From NCBI RefSeq assembly GCF_001194135.2, contig NC_068982.1, positions 111,147,012 to 111,195,158 of the forward strand: a DNA stretch of 48,147 nt, read 5' to 3'. Position numbers and translations under genes: made by a program. Source of the DNA: Octopus bimaculoides. Its lineage: Eukaryota. Positions 35,090-46,960 of the stretch are shown here, piece by piece (within the stretch, counting starts at the first letter, position 1; the number at the start of each line of letters is the position of its first letter). The notes beneath the pieces are model-generated. The model ran no database searches, was not told where the DNA came from, and worked only from the letters and a program-made list of their open reading frames with translations.

Positions 35090-36225
35090 TGAAAAACATG
35101 GGGTTTTTGAACAAGAAATCAACCAGTTGACATGCACAATGCAAATACGCTCTGTAAGCGGAACAGTAAAAATATGCTAGAAATGTACATAGCGTTTATG
35201 CGCGACAAAGAAAGGGTTTGTGATGGATGAAGGAATCAGAGGTAATGCAGATGGGAGATCATACTGCTGGGAGTAGAAGTCCCACTTGCAACACGAACCG
35301 TTATTCTCCAAGATTTTGTATCTCCTTCCGGCTATAAAATGGTAGTGGAAGCATAGGGAAGTTCAAATGAAACTTCACGGCAGATTGTTAGAAGTGCAAA
35401 CGGCGGTCGAAAACTTGAACATTGAACATGGGGTCATTTACAATGGTAGTGTTGGAGATATTGGAACAAATATTGCGTAGGGTGAGCTGGCAGGTGGAGG
35501 TTCCTAGTTGGGTTTGGCAAGAGACGAAAGAGCTTTTGAGCAGACGGTTTCTTTTTTATTTTTTTACCTCATACGTTTGAAGAAAAGGGATGATGAAATG
35601 ACTGCGTCGAACAGCAGAAGATGGAAGTTGTGGATAATCGGGTAATGAAACTGTCGTGTAAGATAGTGAAAGGTGAAGGAGAAGAGAAAGGAGAAAGCAG
35701 TTGTCGGGCGGCAGGCTGTACGGAAGAAGAGTAGTGGCAAGTTTAAAAGTCTGGACTTGGTGGTGGGTAACGTCCACAGCGGGCTGAGAATATCGTCGAT
35801 CCTTGAAACGTTGCTCCTACTGCAAAAACAATTGAAGTGAGAGTTTTTGCCGTTGGGGCAACGTGGATAGTACAAGTGTGTTGGGAAGAAGTTGAGAGTC
35901 AGCTGATTTATATATAAGGATGTGGATAGGTAGGAGTGTTGATTAATCACAGATATCACCGAAATTCTTGAAGGCAATCGAGGTGTTGTAGGTGGATTCT
36001 AGTGCGCTGTAGAAAGTGTTAACAAAAAAGATGAAGGACGTATGTTAGTCTCTGGCTGAGTGAGGAGACACCAATAATGTCGTGGATATGACTACTGTAT
36101 AGCACAGGGATGTGGCCAGAGTACTGAGCGAAAACTTGGACCTAATGGTTGCCAACTAGGTAGCTGAGATAATGGATACACATCTTGGTGCTTATGGTTG
36201 ACCCGGTGTACTGATTATTGTATAT
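35090..36225 (-). mobile_element. Older, heavily decayed Penelope-like element (RT core to GIY-YIG end)
   Basis: GSTISTKMCIHYLSYLVGNH*VQVFAQYSGHIPVLYSSHIHDIIG is homologous to G.AMGT.MGP.YA...FTGPTPELYGRYIDDCIG (HIHD at 36079-36090). Further along: LSTSLY, GTSTCQLTLRNICSNISNTTIV, CTSNNL, LFRLQS. Many stops and frameshifts. Confidence 0.7.
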
Positions 36226-36839
36226 CTCTCCAGAAGATAAACAGATAATGTGAAAATGGGTTAAACGATGTGGTCGTAAGTTAGAATAGGTTATCATGAG
36301 AAAGAGAGAGAGAAAGAGTCATACGTACAGACAGATAGCCGAATAGACAGAATCAGAGAGAAATAGGCAGAGATGCTTGTGTGAGCACGGGCATATGTAG
36401 ACTAACAGCCCAGTGATCTGTGGTTCAGCCTTATGATACAACATTTGTTTAATTTCAATACTCGTAGTATGTGCCTTAAATAACATTATAAATTAATTAA
36501 CACCATAGTTAATTAACATCATAAATTAAACATTTGACAACATAATCTAATGGATTATTTGCTGCTAAATTATTTTTCCGGTTTTTGTCCCCAAAATTAG
36601 CATGTTAAAAGTATGTTAAATATAGTGCGGTAGATATTGATTCTTGCTATGAGATTCTGGTTTCTAGCATAATTAAAAATTAAAATTTTCAGCGTGTTTT
36701 AGCCTGGTACTTTGAAAATATTCCTTGGATAAATACATTAAAATGGTTATTAAGCTCAAATACTGAATATATTATAGAGAATTTTAAAACAAAATTATAA
36801 CGTATCTTTCGTATGTTCTTGTTAAAATCCTTGCTTTAA

Positions 36840-36975
36840 AGGATGGATGCAGTCAATTAAATTTGTCTTAGTGTTCAGCAAGTATATACCTCCCCCTGAG
36901 GGATGAAAAGGCAACGCTATTTCAGCGGGATTTAAGCTCTGAACATAAAATTAACTTAACTAAATACCACACTTT
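36840..36975 (-). mobile_element. Very diverged family D SINE
   Basis: GGGATGAAAAGGCAA...GATTTAAGCTCTGAAC...AAATACC resembles the reverse complement of the D central motif and B box. Confidence 0.45.
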
Positions 36976-37149
36976 GATCTTAAACCAAAGGTCAAGAAGT
37001 GATACTAAAACAGAGCATTACAAATTCTCCCATCCATATTTTTAACTGTAGTATGTTGATTTCTTTTGTAACCAATAAAATCTCCACAAACCTCATATTT
37101 AATACATGCATGGATTATGGAGCAAAAATTTTATTAGATTTTCGGACTT

Positions 37150-37505
37150 GGAGAGAAAGAAAAAGAGAGGGGGGAAAGAGAGAAAGAGAGAAGGTAAAAG
37201 AGAGAAAGAGAGAGAAAGTGAGAGAGGGGAGAGAAAGAGAGAGGGAGAGGGAGAAGGAGAGAGAGAGAAGGAGAGAGAGAGAAGGGAGAGAGAGAAGGGG
37301 AGAGAGAGAAGGGGAGAGAGAAGGGGAGAGAGAGAAGGGGAGAGAGGGGAGAGAGGGGAGAGAGAGAGAAGGGGAGAGAGAGAAGGTAGGAGAGAGAAGC
37401 GGAGAGAGAGAAGGGGAGAGAGAGAAGGGGAGAGAGAGAGAAAGGGAGTGAGAGAGAAGGGGTGAGAGAGAAGGGGAGAGAGGGGAGAGGGGAGAGAGAA
37501 TGGAG
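37150..37505. repeat. About 350-nt polypurine (GA-rich) tract with GAGAGAGAAGGG-type units
   Basis: Directly visible. Almost exclusively A/G on the + strand. Confidence 0.9.
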
Positions 37506-37999
37506 ATGAGGAGCTCCAGTAAACCAAACTATGATATACATTTTAACATGGGATGTGAAGACTTACATTCATATATAAATTCAACTTTATGTTATAGCCA
37601 AGTTCCTAATTTTTAGTCCGTTATTTCTGTTGGAAACACCAAATCACTGAAGTGTTGATATCAATATGATACATGAAAGCAAATTTAATCGTCAAAATGA
37701 TTCTCTCTACATTTTACAAAAAGATAAGCATTTAAAGAAATTAGTTGTAGAATATTTTCTACTTCTACATTTTATTCGTCAGTTGATAATAAAAAACAAA
37801 GGTGGCTCGAAATGACTAGAATAGCATTTAGAAAAATTAATAATGTTTGAAGTATTTCATCATTCTACTTTTGCTTTTTGGTTTAAACGTGAATAAAATA
37901 TTCACATACTACTGCGCAATTGAAATATTTCCTTTTGTCATTCATTAACATTACATATGTAGTCTTGATTGCTTTGAATACGCTTCATTTCAATTGAGG

Positions 38000-38290
38000 C
38001 TAGGACAGTAGCAACGGGCTCTCTATTTGTTAATGGCCCACATCCTGCTACGAAAGGCATCGTGGCGGCAGCAGTGGAAGTGATGGATTCACTTAATGTG
38101 AGTAAGGGGTGCCAAAGGCGGCATCAGTCAGCGGAGGATATTTGCGGTGAGTATTCATGACGTGGAAAGAAACGGTGGATTGAGTAAACAGATTTATCTG
38201 TTATCACGTCCCATGAAAGCTAGACGTTTTAAAAACACAGCAGATGGACGCCGTGGAAGTGGGTGACAATAGAGTGTTTTGAAGAAAGAA
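38000..38290 (-). mobile_element. Possible further decayed Penelope-like fragment
   Basis: GC-richer island. Minus frames give HRKYPPLTDAAF and MPFVAGCGP, compared with HGYPLTTIHTAF and LPFPLTYH in the 7030-8185 copy. Weak. Confidence 0.25.
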
Positions 38291-39036
38291 GGAAGTTTGT
38301 GGTAAAAGAAATGGGAGAGCTGGAAAGGGGAGAGTAAAAAGGGGAAATGAAGTAAAAGTGAAAGTAAAAAAAAAATAGTTTGAAGTAATATGTGACAAGG
38401 AAATAAATTTAAGGAAGGTAGATAAAAATAAATATGACAAGACTTGCTTTTAAAGTGCAAGTCATAGACGGAGTAATCGTAACGATACATAAGAATTTTT
38501 CTGTCATATCAGTAAATAGGACGACAAAATATTTTTAGTCATAAATTATAAAAAATGGTTTAGATATACGATATCATGCATATATATATGCGTGTATGTG
38601 CAAGCACACGCGCACACAAATATACATACACACGCACGCTCACACGCATGTGTAAATATATAAGTATGCATATGTATTTATATGTATGTGAATATATATA
38701 TTCCGCCTTTTCCTACAACATGCAGATTGGAAACAATTTCCATTGAAGTATAAAATGGAATAAAGTTTTTATATCCTGTATTTACAACTGATTTCTTTTG
38801 AACTGTTGATTTCCTAGTCAAATGATTAGGTTCACTGAATCATGTATGTTTGTGTCTGTGTGTGAAAGAGAAAGAAAGAAAGAGAGAGAGAAAGTGAAGG
38901 AGAGAGAGAAAGATTGAGAAAGAAAAGAAAAGAGAGAGTATCTGTGTGTTTTAGTGAACCTGTACTTTACAAAGAGATACGCTAACACGCGCGCGCTCAC
39001 ATGGTTAGACGCACAAGCACTAATACACAGGCACAA

Positions 39037-39072
<36 letters not shown>

Positions 39073-39358
39073 TCACGTACATGTGTAGGGGGCGTACCAT
39101 GGTTTACACAGACTTAGCTAAAAATTATTAGATTTATATTGAGCGAATGAATAATAATCAGAATACTAATGCAAGAACTGAAGAGTCTGCTACATTAACA
39201 TGTTCGGTTAATTCCTAACAGTAACAATTCTTAACAGATAAACTACCGAAATGATTCGTCGCACTTTGGTAGTCCTTTCACGGCACAGACACATGCATAT
39301 ACACAGAAAAATACACACACACACATAGAAACACACACACACACACACATACATAGAA

Positions 39359-39389
<31 letters not shown>

Positions 39390-39485
39390 CATACATGTGT
39401 ATCTCTCTCCCCCTCTCTCTCTAACTATATACGTACATATACATATATATATTTGGATTTTTATCCCTAATATTATTATTATTAC

Positions 39486-39548
<63 letters not shown>

Positions 39549-39549
39549 C

Positions 39550-39591
<42 letters not shown>

Positions 39592-39799
39592 TGGCCTGCA
39601 CTGTTTCCTAAAAACAGAATATACAAGGCGCGCTCACACGCACATGCATACTCACACACGTATACACACATACACACACGCACATATACACATAGAGACA
39701 CACATCCACACACGTGTTTGCGAGCATTCACATATAACCCACATTTTAAATGTATTGAGTTCTTCATTAAAATGTACTAATCGTTCGATGAAGAATATC

Positions 39800-40078
39800 A
39801 GGTATATATATCATGTGTATGTGTGTGTATGCGTGTGGGCATGTGTGTGTGTGTGTGTGTGTGTCTGTGTGTGTGTGTGTGTGTGTGTGAGTGAGTGAGT
39901 GCGTGTGTATGTGTGTTTGCTTGTGTGCACGCTCGTCTGTGTGTGCGTGTGTGTATGTGCGTGAGTGTGTGCTTGCGTGTATGTGCGCGCGTGTGTCTGT
40001 GCGCGCGTGTGTCTGTGCGCGCGTGTGTCTGTGCGCGCGTGTGTCTGTGCGCGCGTGTGTCTGTGCGTGCGTGTGTGC
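39800..40078. repeat. Alternating purine-pyrimidine tract including 14-bp GCGCGTGTGTCTGT units
   Basis: Directly visible. Confidence 0.85.
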
Positions 40079-40082
40079 TTAC

Positions 40083-40220
40083 CCGTCTTTCGCAAGCAAG
40101 TACTGTAACTTGTGCTACACTTTTGCCCACTGGTTTCGGTGCCTATGAAGTCGTGAGCAGACACTGACACCCGGTGAGACCACCCACCCTTGATTCAGCG
40201 GGTTACCGGGTAAACGACAG
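40083..40220 (-). other. Exon-like 138-nt segment with strong splice signals (coding status doubtful)
   Basis: Acceptor CTCTTTCATTCATTCTATCCAG| and donor G|GTAAGC. All three frames contain a stop. The best reads AVVYPVTR*IKGGWSHRVSVSAHDFIGTETSGQKCSTSYSTCLRKTG. Confidence 0.25.
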
Positions 40221-40488
40221 CTGGATAGAATGAATGAAAGAGCTGCATCAGTACTACGCTAGTGCACATTTACAGGTGGAAATTGGCTGAAATCCCAATC
40301 CTTCCCTTTTTATTTACTTTTATATTGCAGATGATCCTTAAATATCCAAACTTTTCTACTTTCTATCTTTCACTCTCCTAGGTGCTGAGATATGAGTTCT
40401 GTAGTCAGAGTAGGGAATGAGATGACAAATATGCTAATTTGTTTATTGTGATCAATTGTTGGGTTAAGGAAGAAATATAATTCTTACG

Positions 40489-40862
40489 GTGGAAGCGCAA
40501 TGGCCCAGTGGTTAGGGCAGCGGACTCGCGGTCATAGGATCGCGGTTTCGATTCCCAGACCGGGCGTTGTGAGTGTTTATTTAGCGAAAACACCTAAAGC
40601 TCCGGCAGGGGATGGCGGTGAGCCCTGCTGTACTCTTTCACCACAACTTCCTCTCACTCTTTCTTCCTGTTTCTGTTGTGCCTGTAATTCAAAGGGTCAG
40701 CCTTGTCACACTGTGTCACGCTGAATATCCCCGAGAACTACGTTAAGGGTACACGTGTCTGTGGAGTGCTCAGCCACTTGCACGTTAATTTCACGAGCAG
40801 GCTGTTCCGTTGATCGGATCAACTGGAACCCTCGACGTCGTAAGCGACGGAGTGCCAACAAC
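40489..40862 (+). mobile_element. Full-length family A tRNA-derived SINE
   Basis: A box TGGCCCAGTGGTTAG, B box GGTTTCGATTCC, tail GATCAACTGGAACCCTCG...GACGGAGTGCCAACAAC. Perfect 12-bp TSD ATAATTCTTACG at 40477-40488 and 40863-40874. Confidence 0.93.
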
Positions 40863-40919
40863 ATAATTCTTACGACTTAATGGCTCATACGAATATTTTA
40901 TAAAACGCTTGAGATCATA

Positions 40920-41060
40920 GGGCATTAGATGGCAGGATCAGCTGAGTGTCAGACCAAGTGGTATATGAGTTCAAATTTTGCCTGAGTCTCTTCGTTGCTG
41001 TTTCTTTATATCTGGTAAAGTAGGTTCTCAAGTACTGCAGTCAATACAAGCAACAAAAAT
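40920..41060 (+). mobile_element. Very diverged family D-like SINE
   Basis: GATGGCAGGATCAG...GAGTTCAAATTTTGCC...AGTACTGCAGTCAAT. Confidence 0.4.
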
Positions 41061-43141
41061 TCTTGAAAACATATATGATATGACCAGAATTCCGTGATTG
41101 ACGTTAGTAAAAGATTAAAAGTATCTTTTGCAATAATACGTTGGTAATTGAACCAGGCGTATAGATTGTATTTTCATTTTATCGCTCAAATGAAACTGAC
41201 TTTAACACATTTTTATGGATGATTACTAAAATATACATAATAGTTTAGAGTAAATTCATTATACTAAGAAACTGAAACGCGCATGTATTTTTCAGTTGAA
41301 CTAAATGCTTAAAAAGAAATTATATACCTAATAAATAAAAAGGGTGCTTGTACACTACCTATAATTTTAATAAGATTCACGTTTAAAATAATTGTCTGGA
41401 AAGTTAACCAAGTAAAAAAGAAACTATAAAGGGAAAAGTAATTTCATAGGTCTAGACATGTTAATTAAAAAACAGAAATAAAATGCGTCTACTGTGAGTA
41501 CAGAGTAACTGAAGTGCTTTGTCCGAAAAAGAAGGCTGCACTTCAATTATACAAAAATAATTCGGTATAAATTACGAAGTAACTTTTCCTTATTTAAAAA
41601 GTTTATTTTAAATCACAAAATTGAAGATTTCAAACAACAAAATGGAAATGGAAAATATAGAAGACATTCTTACTGGCGGCAGATTCTAGAGCTAGTACAA
41701 GACCAAAATCTAACATAAGATCGCTACATAAAAACTGTGTAAGTCATATAATAAAAGGAAACAGAAAGCGCTCTTTACGTAGTGTGAAGAAAGAATAGGC
41801 CATATTGTCTGTATGTCCAGTTGAACTTAATCAGAACACATCAACCGAAACGACATGGTTGGGAGATTTGTACAATAGAAACTATTAATGCTGCCAAATT
41901 GTCACTAATTCTAGTATAGCTCTAACCAGCTGAAACAACGATATAAAATGACAAAGCTATTATACTCTGAGTCGTATCAGTTGGTGCAAACAATAAAAAC
42001 AAGTGCAAACTGTTTGGGAAAATCACTAAAGCTAACAATGCCAAAGCATTAACATTTCAATCCCAACGGACCAAAACACGTTCTTTTAAGAGGTAGTCTA
42101 ACTCCCCAAGCACGATGATTTGCGAATAGAATTATACATAATGTGACAGTTGTAAAAGTATTAAAAGTAGTTTGGGTCTTATACCAAATGGAAAAATATG
42201 TAACAATGTGTTTGGTCAAGATATTCAGTCTAACTGTATACAGAATATATTTTTCCATTGAGAAAAGAAAACATAGTAGAAAGTAATATTTGTCTTTCAG
42301 TTTCACAATATACTTCAAAGAAAGAAGGGTTAATGGCAGCATGAATGAAAGATATTGATTAACTTGAAAATATTGAAGGGCAGAAATGTTTCTTTAGAAC
42401 TATCTTCATTATTCGTAAAACAGTTTAATTATTATAAAATGAGTCATGTTGTGAAAATTACGGATATCACCCTTTCTTCCTTGTTTATTCTGAGATATAC
42501 GTTTATGATAGTAACTAGTTATTTCATTTTTCTCTGTCACTCTAGAAAATATGAGCAATGGCTATCTTACTTGAGTGGGAATTATAGTTGATCTGGTTTC
42601 CCTGATATATGAAATCTTACGTTGTATAAAAACACATACGTGTACAAACAGGAGAATAACCTAGTATGACGTATCAAAGTAGAAATACGAAAAAAAAAAT
42701 GGATTTATTAGATAATGATTAGCTATATGCTAAATTCAAACAAACCCGCTTTCTGCTGTGATCCTTGTTTATAATATCGGAGTCCAAATTGTCAACGATA
42801 ATAGAGAGAAAGGTTTATAGAGTAATGGATATCCTTTGATGACTTGCAGGGATTTTATTTGAAATTACTCAACTATAGCGTTCCCTAGAATGAAATTATG
42901 GATCTGGAAATTAATTACACATTGTAATCATTTCAACTTTTGATTATAATCATTTACAATTAATTACGACATCATTAAATATCATTAAAAGGGAAGGAAA
43001 GAATTATATATATNNNNNNNNNNNNNNNNNNNNNNNNNNNNNNNNNNNNNNNNNNNNNNNNNNNNNNNNNNNNNNNNNNNNNNNNNNNNNNNNNNNNNNN
43101 NNNNNNNNNNNNNNNNNNNNNNNNNNNNNNNNNNNNNNNNN

Positions 43142-43173
<32 letters not shown>

Positions 43174-45483
43174 TAGGAATAAAATAGTAACTTCAGAGAG
43201 AATATTTTAACAAGAACGAGAGAGGACACATTCACCTTCATATAATATAGAAAGAGATATTTTGAAGAAAATAAAATTATTAGATGGATATCTGAGAAAT
43301 TTTTCAGATCAATTTTAGCAGGAAAATAAAAGTGAGGAATAATAAGATTACGTTTTGTAGAAAGTAGAAAACATTCCGATTAAACTGCCAAAGGATATCA
43401 TTCTAAAAAAAATAATATTGACAACAGTTAACTGAGCAAACTAGCGAAAAGAACAGTTTAAGTCTATTTGCGAACTGACGAATCAACCATCTGCACTGGC
43501 CAGTGACCAGAGAGAGAGAGAGGGAGGGGGAAGGGGAGAGAACTGTATTTGATAAAGAGAACCCCGAAGATGTCTATCAAAAGAGACAGAGGAGCAAATA
43601 AGACAGAAATCTCTAAGAGGGTGAGAAAATGCAAACAACGACGAGTGGAAAGTGATGTGGTGATGTGAATAGAGTGAGGAGAGGAATTGCCAAAAGAACT
43701 AAGGTAAATAGAATGAATGAAAACACAGATACACACATATGCAAGATACACACACACACACGCACGCACGCACGCACACACACACACACACACACACTGT
43801 GCCCCCACCCTCTCTCACTTTATCATATGCATGCCAAGAACAAAATGAAATGGGAGAGGACTGTAAAATAAATGGGAATTGACTCAGAGCAATAGAATTG
43901 GAAAAGTGATATTTGGGAGAGTATCTGCTGGATGCGTGCACCACGAACAGTTTTTAGGATTTATAAAAGATACGAACATGACCTAATCAAAAACTATAGC
44001 TTTACAAGAACTTTGCACAACTGACACGTGCCGAGGTTTAGGTTACTGTAAAACATCAGCCAGGATTTCGATGTCGCAATAGAGAAGATAAACTGCTAAG
44101 TACTCATCTACCGCTACTGGAGGGATATATCTTTGCTTTTGCCGTCTTTGTCTCTGTATTCATTGACTGACAGAATTCTTTTCATCTGTGAAAACTACAA
44201 TGCCTTTATTTGTGAAGAAACACTCTAACCGCTGACCACTTCTAAAATATAAAAGACTAATAAACTCAGAATTCGTATAAACCATTCAATATTAATAAGT
44301 GTTTGCATTTGATAACAATCAAATTAATATGTTAATACTACACACCACAACCAATAGTTTCTCTGCAGATACTTATAAAAATGAAAGGACGTTAGTAAAA
44401 CAAAATAGAAAAATATGTCATATAATGCAAAATCATGCAGCTGGTCCCTTTGAGCATTAGAAACAATGCATTGATTAAATAATTAATTAATTAGAAGGAT
44501 CAAGAAATGAGTTGTATCAGAAAAACTGGAACCGTTTTCAATATAGCGATCGAAACTGACTGAAAAGTAATAATGAAGGGCTGTTTTGAAAGATTAATTA
44601 TAACGACCTCCAAACAAAGCTATATCTTCAAAGACTCTTTATTGCAGTATTAAATAATAAAATAGAATGTAGACAAAGTTTCTTTATAATTACTTCAAAC
44701 TTTCAAAGTGTATGAAGAGGTGATCTATACATGAATACTCCAAGTTCTTTATATTTCTTCTAATAATCAGAAAGCCATTCTAATGTTATGCTTCTGGGTG
44801 TTTTTTTTTTTTTTACCCATTACAGTCATTTTCTTTAAATAATGGACGATGTGTAATGCATGTAAAATCATTTCGCTGTAATGGGACAAACCAACAGTTA
44901 AAAAGTTCTCCTTAGAAGAAATATAATGCGAATATGAATCATTGTGAATCCTGACAGACACGTTTGATTTCAAATTAACTGGAGTGCAGCCCTAATCCCC
45001 ACCACCACAGCCAAAATACGGTAATGTTAAAGCAAATAAGTAGTTGAACTGTTAAGTAAAACTTATTAATGGAAAACGAAATTATAATCAAAACATGGGA
45101 TTATTTACTGTTTTCTAAAAATTCAGTGAAGTATAAATGAGCAACTAACCATTTCATAAGTTACTTTTATTTGTCTAACAAAATATATCCTCAATTCATT
45201 GAAAGTAATGGTTTTACAAAAGACATTAATTTATAATTTTTTTTTTTATAAAAAGGTTTCGCATAAAGAATATTCAATCCAATGAATAAACTTCCAAATC
45301 AAACTTCCAACATTTTAATGTAATTTCTTCAATAATCTAGTTCAGATTTTTATGGTTTTATTTTTTTAAGTGGATGATTTACAAAATATGATAGGATATG
45401 TTGAATTTGTTTACCCGTTGAACATTTCGGGTTGGCCCCCGAATGCAATACATATATACATACACATATATATATATATACAT

Positions 45484-45518
<35 letters not shown>

Positions 45519-45628
45519 NNNNNNNNNNNNNNNNNNNNNNNNNNNNNNNNNNNNNNNNNNNNNNNNNNNNNNNNNNNNNNNNNNNNNNNNNNNNNNNNNN
45601 NNNNNNNNNNNNNNNNNNNNNNNNNNNG

Positions 45629-45829
45629 TAATAAACACACGCACTAGTTCAGTCCTTTATTAATTTATATAGTTTTTTGTTAAATTATTTCATTGCACTC
45701 TTGCAGTATATTCAAAATAAATGGAAGTGGAGAGACAAGTTACTGAAGAGATTGCAAGAGTGCAATGAAATAATTTAACAAAAAACTATATAAATTAATA
45801 AAGGACTGAACCAGTGCGTGTGTTTATTA
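45629..45829. repeat. Fold-back: 77-bp inverted repeat (1 mismatch) around a 47-nt spacer
   Basis: Left arm 45629-45705 is the reverse complement of 45753-45829 except A45646 opposite C45812. Confidence 0.95.
45739..45779 (+). ncRNA. Type I hammerhead-like motif (HHR5) spanning the spacer and right arm of the fold-back
   Basis: Stem I GTTA 45739-45742 / TAAC 45776-45779. CTGAAGA 45743-45749. Extra G. Stem II ATTGCA-AGAG-TGCAAT. GAAA 45767-45770. Minimal stem III AT-A-AT. AUU triplet. No canonical G10.1-C11.1 pair. Confidence 0.55.
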
Positions 45830-46709
45830 GCGGCATAATGCCTCTCCCAAGGTTTAATTATATATATATTATTATTATTATTATTATTATTATTATCATT
45901 ATATGTACATTTTTGTGTGCATATGTGTGAGTGCGTGTGTGTGTGTGCGTGTGTGTGTATGTGTACATATATTATACATACATCCACGCACACACACACA
46001 TACATATATAGGTTTCGTGTATGTAACCTATATTTATATACGTACATATATGTGTATGTGTGTGTGCATATTATCTTAGCATAGGATCAGAGAAAGAGTA
46101 AGCATATCATCAAACAGTAGAATTACCTAAGTTATTCCGAGATAAAACAACAACAAAACGGCTTAAGATCCAGCCTCAGGTTATTGTATTTGTATTTGTG
46201 TCTTTCCAACAACTCGACTAGAAATTTTATCTATCTAATGGACTTCATGCGATGGAAATTTCTCGACATTGTTTTGCAAGAGAGATTTAATTAAAGCTTT
46301 CAATAGGTCACAATCGATACTGACTTCCTCATCAACTATCGGATTAATTTTCAAGGCAGTTTGCCAGACTTAAATTTTCCATTCCTGTATTGCACTTTCC
46401 ATGAAATGCCTCGTTGATATATATCGGTAGTGATTTTCATCTATTCTTACTGAGAATTTCACACATTTCCTTGTAATCTAATAGAATCTATACATCAGTC
46501 GCTGATTTAGAGAAGGAAAAAAATATCCATATGTAAAATAATATTTAATTTTCAAACAGATCCAGTAAATGTCTGTATATACCAAATACTAAATTACTGT
46601 GGTTAAAAATATGTAGAAACGGTTAGAAAACGTATAAAGGTAGGGTAAATAACTCCACGTAATTTCATTATGATATGATATAGAAAATAACGGTTTTTCA
46701 TAAGTATTG

Positions 46710-46960
46710 AAGGTTTAGTGATTAAGGTGTCAGACTCACGATCCTTACGTTGTGGGTTCGATTCTCGAACCGGGTGGCGCGTATTATTTTTGAACATGAC
46801 ATTAAACTCACATCATTCCATTTACCCGAACCGAAAATGAGTACCTGTTGTATCGGAACATTTACTCAGCGACGGGGTGGTGCCCAGTTTGGGAGGAGTG
46901 TAGTACTTCCAATCTAATCGCCTTGAAAATCCAGACATGCTCCGATCTCATGAAACACTA
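46710..46960 (+). mobile_element. Old tRNA-derived SINE with CORE-like and V-like segments
   Basis: GGTTTAGTGATTAAGG...GGGTTCGATTCTCG head, then TTTTTGAACATGACATT, AAAATGAGTACC and GCGACGGGGTGGTGCCCAGTTTGGGAGGAGTGTAGTACTTCC. Confidence 0.55.

Noticed and set aside
39179-39260. CTGAAGA with a distant CGAAA
   Set aside because: No stem II adjacent to GAAA and no stem I pairing.
40494-40565. tRNA gene calls for SINE heads (also 10680-10750, 14274-14345, 46710-46785)
   Set aside because: A/B boxes continue into SINE bodies and tails, one with a clear TSD. These are not stand-alone tRNAs.
1121-45663. Long ORFs in the supplied track (for example 10779-11895, 16030-17147, 17562-19190, 30878-31602)
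   Set aside because: They are open only because they cross N runs or dinucleotide repeats ([16 protein letters not shown]).
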